DNA from: the human T2T-CHM13v2.0 reference genome, Homo sapiens
Assembly (NCBI RefSeq): GCF_009914755.1
Contig: NC_060933.1
Length of the DNA: 64,000 bases
Strand: one strand, 5' to 3'
Under the pieces are notes generated by a model. The model was not told the origin of the DNA and did no database searches. It saw only the letters and a program-made list of their open reading frames with translations. A program made the translations under genes and the position numbers. This document shows, in pieces, positions 59,779 through 64,000 of this stretch (positions within the stretch are counted from its first letter, which is position 1; every line of letters starts with the position of its first letter).

Positions 59779-60872
59779 TAATAAGAGTACGTCCCTCACA
59801 GGATTGTAATGAAGACTGAGTCCATTTACATAAAGGCTGAGAGCAGTGTCAAGCAGATGGAGAACACTGTAGAATGTGCGATAGCTCTAACAGTGGTTAT
59901 CATGGCTGCCCTCTCACTTCTTCAGAGACATGTGTTTCTAAGGTCTGCACTCTGCCCCACCCTCCCCATCCACTGTCCCCCAGCCCGTTTCCTCCTCCAC
60001 TTACTTCCCAGCCCTGTGCCTTCTGCCTTCTCTTTTCTGAGTTTGCTAAGGGCACTGCTGGCTCAAGAGCAGTAACTAACAGTCTCTCGCCTCTTCTCTC
60101 CATGGCAACCAGTGACCTTTGGAGAATGTAAACCTTATCACCAATCTCTTAAAGCCCTTCGGTGCCTTCCCAGGATGACGTCCAGCTGAGGTCCTTGGCA
60201 AGACCCAGGGCGCCCCCTCCTCGCTCCATCACCTCCCCTGTCACCTCCCCTGCATCTCCCTACTCCAGCTGCACCACTCTTGTGCCCCAGTGGCTCTTGT
60301 CTGATTATTTCCTTCATCTCCCCAGCTGGTCAGCAGAGCTGGTGGTAATCAACTCAGACCCTGTCACCTGGATGTCCAGCAGTTAGGGACTAAAAAAAAT
60401 CAACAGGTCACATTCTGTCCTGCAGATCATGATAATAAGATCTGTCAGACAGCAGTCAGCAGTCAGAGCCAAATCTTCTGGACTTCAGCAGGATTCTGCC
60501 TCTTGCTATTTCCTGTTGCCTCTCTTAGTGACCTTTTAAGAGCATTGTGGATGCCTCCCAGCCTCCTGCTAACCACCCTGTAACCTGAACAGCCTGCAGC
60601 AGCCCTGCCCAGTAGAACTTCCTGATGTGATGGAAATGCTGTGTCTGCACCACTAGCCACATGTGGCCACAGGATTCTCGAAACTGGTGGTGCAGTTGAG
60701 GAGCTGACTTTATATTTTATCTCATTAAATTTAAATGTAAATAGCTACATGTGGCTTGTTGGCTAGCCTATTGGAAAACACGGGCTTAGAGAGACACAGG
60801 GAGAACTCACTGTAATGCACTAAAAGAAGGTAAAAAAAAAAAAATCCTAAGAAATATTCCTAAAATACTTTA

Positions 60873-61180
<308 letters not shown>

Positions 61181-61866
61181 CTTCAGCATGATTATTTAAC
61201 CAAAATGCAGGTTAGTTGTTCACCGGATGCAGAGTCCAATTAACAAGAGCAAGGCCTGGTACCAAAAAAAGTGAATTTACTCCGAAACTAGCTTGGGTGA
61301 GGGGTACAAAGCATCCTGCCTTTCTTTAAAAGTGCTGCTTCCCCTTGGAAGTAGAAAGTGGACACTTTTATAAGGTAAGGGGGGAAGTGTGCAAGGGCAA
61401 GTGGGGGGGTCCCTCTGCTAGTTCCGTGCATACTCTACAGGACAGTTGACTTGGCACCTTCCTGGTTAGTAATAAGCTGTAGCAGTGGCCAAGTGGGCAT
61501 GCTTTCAGTATGCCCTCCCAGTGAATGAAAGTCCTGAGGCAACCCCCAAGGGTGGAAGTGCCAGGCCACCACCCACTGGAGGTGAAAGTTCCGTGATGGG
61601 TTTGCTTTGGTCTGCGAATCTACTGTCATGTGGAGAGATCTGTGCTCTGGAAGAGCATACAGTTAGAAAAGCTTGCCCTGAAGGGAATGTATGGTGAAGG
61701 GGAGGTGAAAGGTTATATTTGCATTTCTGAAGGGCTAAGTAGGAAACCGGGAACCAGGGGAGAGGAGAAGAGAAGAGAGGATAATTTTTTTTAAGAAAAG
61801 CAACATATTCCCTTTTTCTTAGAAAAAATGGAGCACTCGGTTACAGGCACTCGAATGTAGAAGTAG

Positions 61867-62040
<174 letters not shown>

Positions 62041-62879
62041 TAAGATAAAACACCTTCCACGTCATAGGTATCTTCCTCTCTCCTTCCCTGCCTCTCCCAT
62101 TAGAACCTGGTTTTCTTCCTGAGCAGCAACAATCTTAGGCATCTTTCCATGTGACTGAGTATCCACCACATTATTTTTAATGAAATAGTATTAGATTGCA
62201 TGGATGTGACATAATCCATTTAACCCATCCCCTACTGTTGGACATTCAGGTTGTTTCCAGAGTTTCAATATTATTTTATTTAATACCCTAATAGTTAGAG
62301 CAGGCCATGCTGCTATCACAAATAGACCCAAATATTTAATAGCTCAAACCAATAACGTTTGTGTCCTCCTCTCTGGGCAGTACAGGGTTGGCATACCTCC
62401 TGAAGTGAATTAGGAACTACACTCATTCCAGCTTCCAGTTTGGTCTTTATCTGTCAGTGCCTTACTGTCCTCTGCATTGTTGAGTCTCAGTCACCTTGTC
62501 CAAGTTCCATTGGCCAGAAAGGGCTAGAAGCACAGAAGGGCTGGAAGTGGCATTTGTTCCTCACTCACATTCTGGTGGGAAGAACTTAGTGGTGTGGCCT
62601 TAGCTGACTGTAAGGGAGGCTGGGAAATATAGTCTAGCGAGTGCCCTGGAAAAAGCCGGCACGGCATTCCCCATGGAAAGCTGTCAGGCACGGCTACAGT
62701 CTACCCCCTGCCAACCAGTATCTGCATGGACCCTCCTTCCACACTCAGATGCATTTACCCCCAGCCCCAAGAGAGCCAACTGATGCCCATGTGGTCACCA
62801 CAGCCACCTCCGAGTCCAAGATTTCCAGGTGACATGCAGTCTCCTCTCTCCCAGCTTTAGGAATGGCTTCTTCTGATCT

Positions 62880-62906
62880 ACACACAGACACAGACACACA
62901 CACACA

Positions 62907-62939
<33 letters not shown>
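62880..62939. repeat. Compound (CA)n/(CAGA) microsatellite in FXN intron 2
   Basis: Seen directly. Confidence 0.92.
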
Positions 62940-62941
<2 letters not shown>

Positions 62942-63255
62942 TGGAGAGGGGCAGGATAACTGCAACTGTAACTCCATTCAGAAAAGAGGCACAGCACTAG
63001 CTGCCCGCAGCACTGGAGCCCTGCTGGGCAGCACTGGATCAACCTCTGCCCTGGCAGAGGAGCATGTTCCTCCACAAATCCCTGCTTCAGCCTCTCGAGA
63101 GGCTCCTCCTTGTCTGTTATTTTCCTTGGCCACAAGGCAGGCAGGCAGTGGGAAGTGTGCCCTCCTCCGGGGCAAGGAGCCTTCACAGCCCACTTCCTGC
63201 TAATAACAGTTTGGGGTTCCACAGGGTGTTTTAAGACTCCAGTCAGCTATTTTAG

Positions 63256-64000
<745 letters not shown>

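Overview
Human genomic DNA, recognisable as the Friedreich ataxia locus (chr9q21). From left to right it contains three genes. (1) The last coding exon of PIP5K1B (+, 6678-6795, ending ...DVYL), a 17.2-kb final intron, and a terminal exon that begins with the TAA stop (23987) and ends near AATAAA 24696. (2) The intronless PRKACG retrogene (-, CDS 29633-28578); its PRKACA-derived 5' leader holds a (CGG)10-CAG-(CGG)2 tract and its long 3' UTR remnant runs to about 26572. (3) The FXN CpG-island promoter, exon 1 (CDS 51329-51493), intron 1 with an A18(GAA)9 normal-length allele inside an Alu (52817-52861), and exon 2 (61942-62039). The rest is repeat-rich: about 50 Alus by my count, plus THE1/MST/MLT1, MER4 and LTR8 LTRs, old L1, L2, MIR and DNA transposons. 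Repeat family names and boundaries were assigned by eye and are approximate. The least-explained structure is a non-Alu ~100-bp, ~91%-identical inverted repeat in the last PIP5K1B intron (19042-19143 / 19984-20082). Its loop holds a strong-looking cryptic splice acceptor, which would change the C-terminal PDZ ligand from DVYL to DVYLVSEF, next to a (UG)n tract. Other leads: phase-0 compatibility for an in-frame PIP5K1B-FXN read-through fusion, an Alu inserted exactly into the retrogene's poly(A) signal, an exact 22-bp match 13 kb apart that looks like a templated insertion, and a 98-bp tandem duplication in FXN intron 1. No new protein-coding system is supported.
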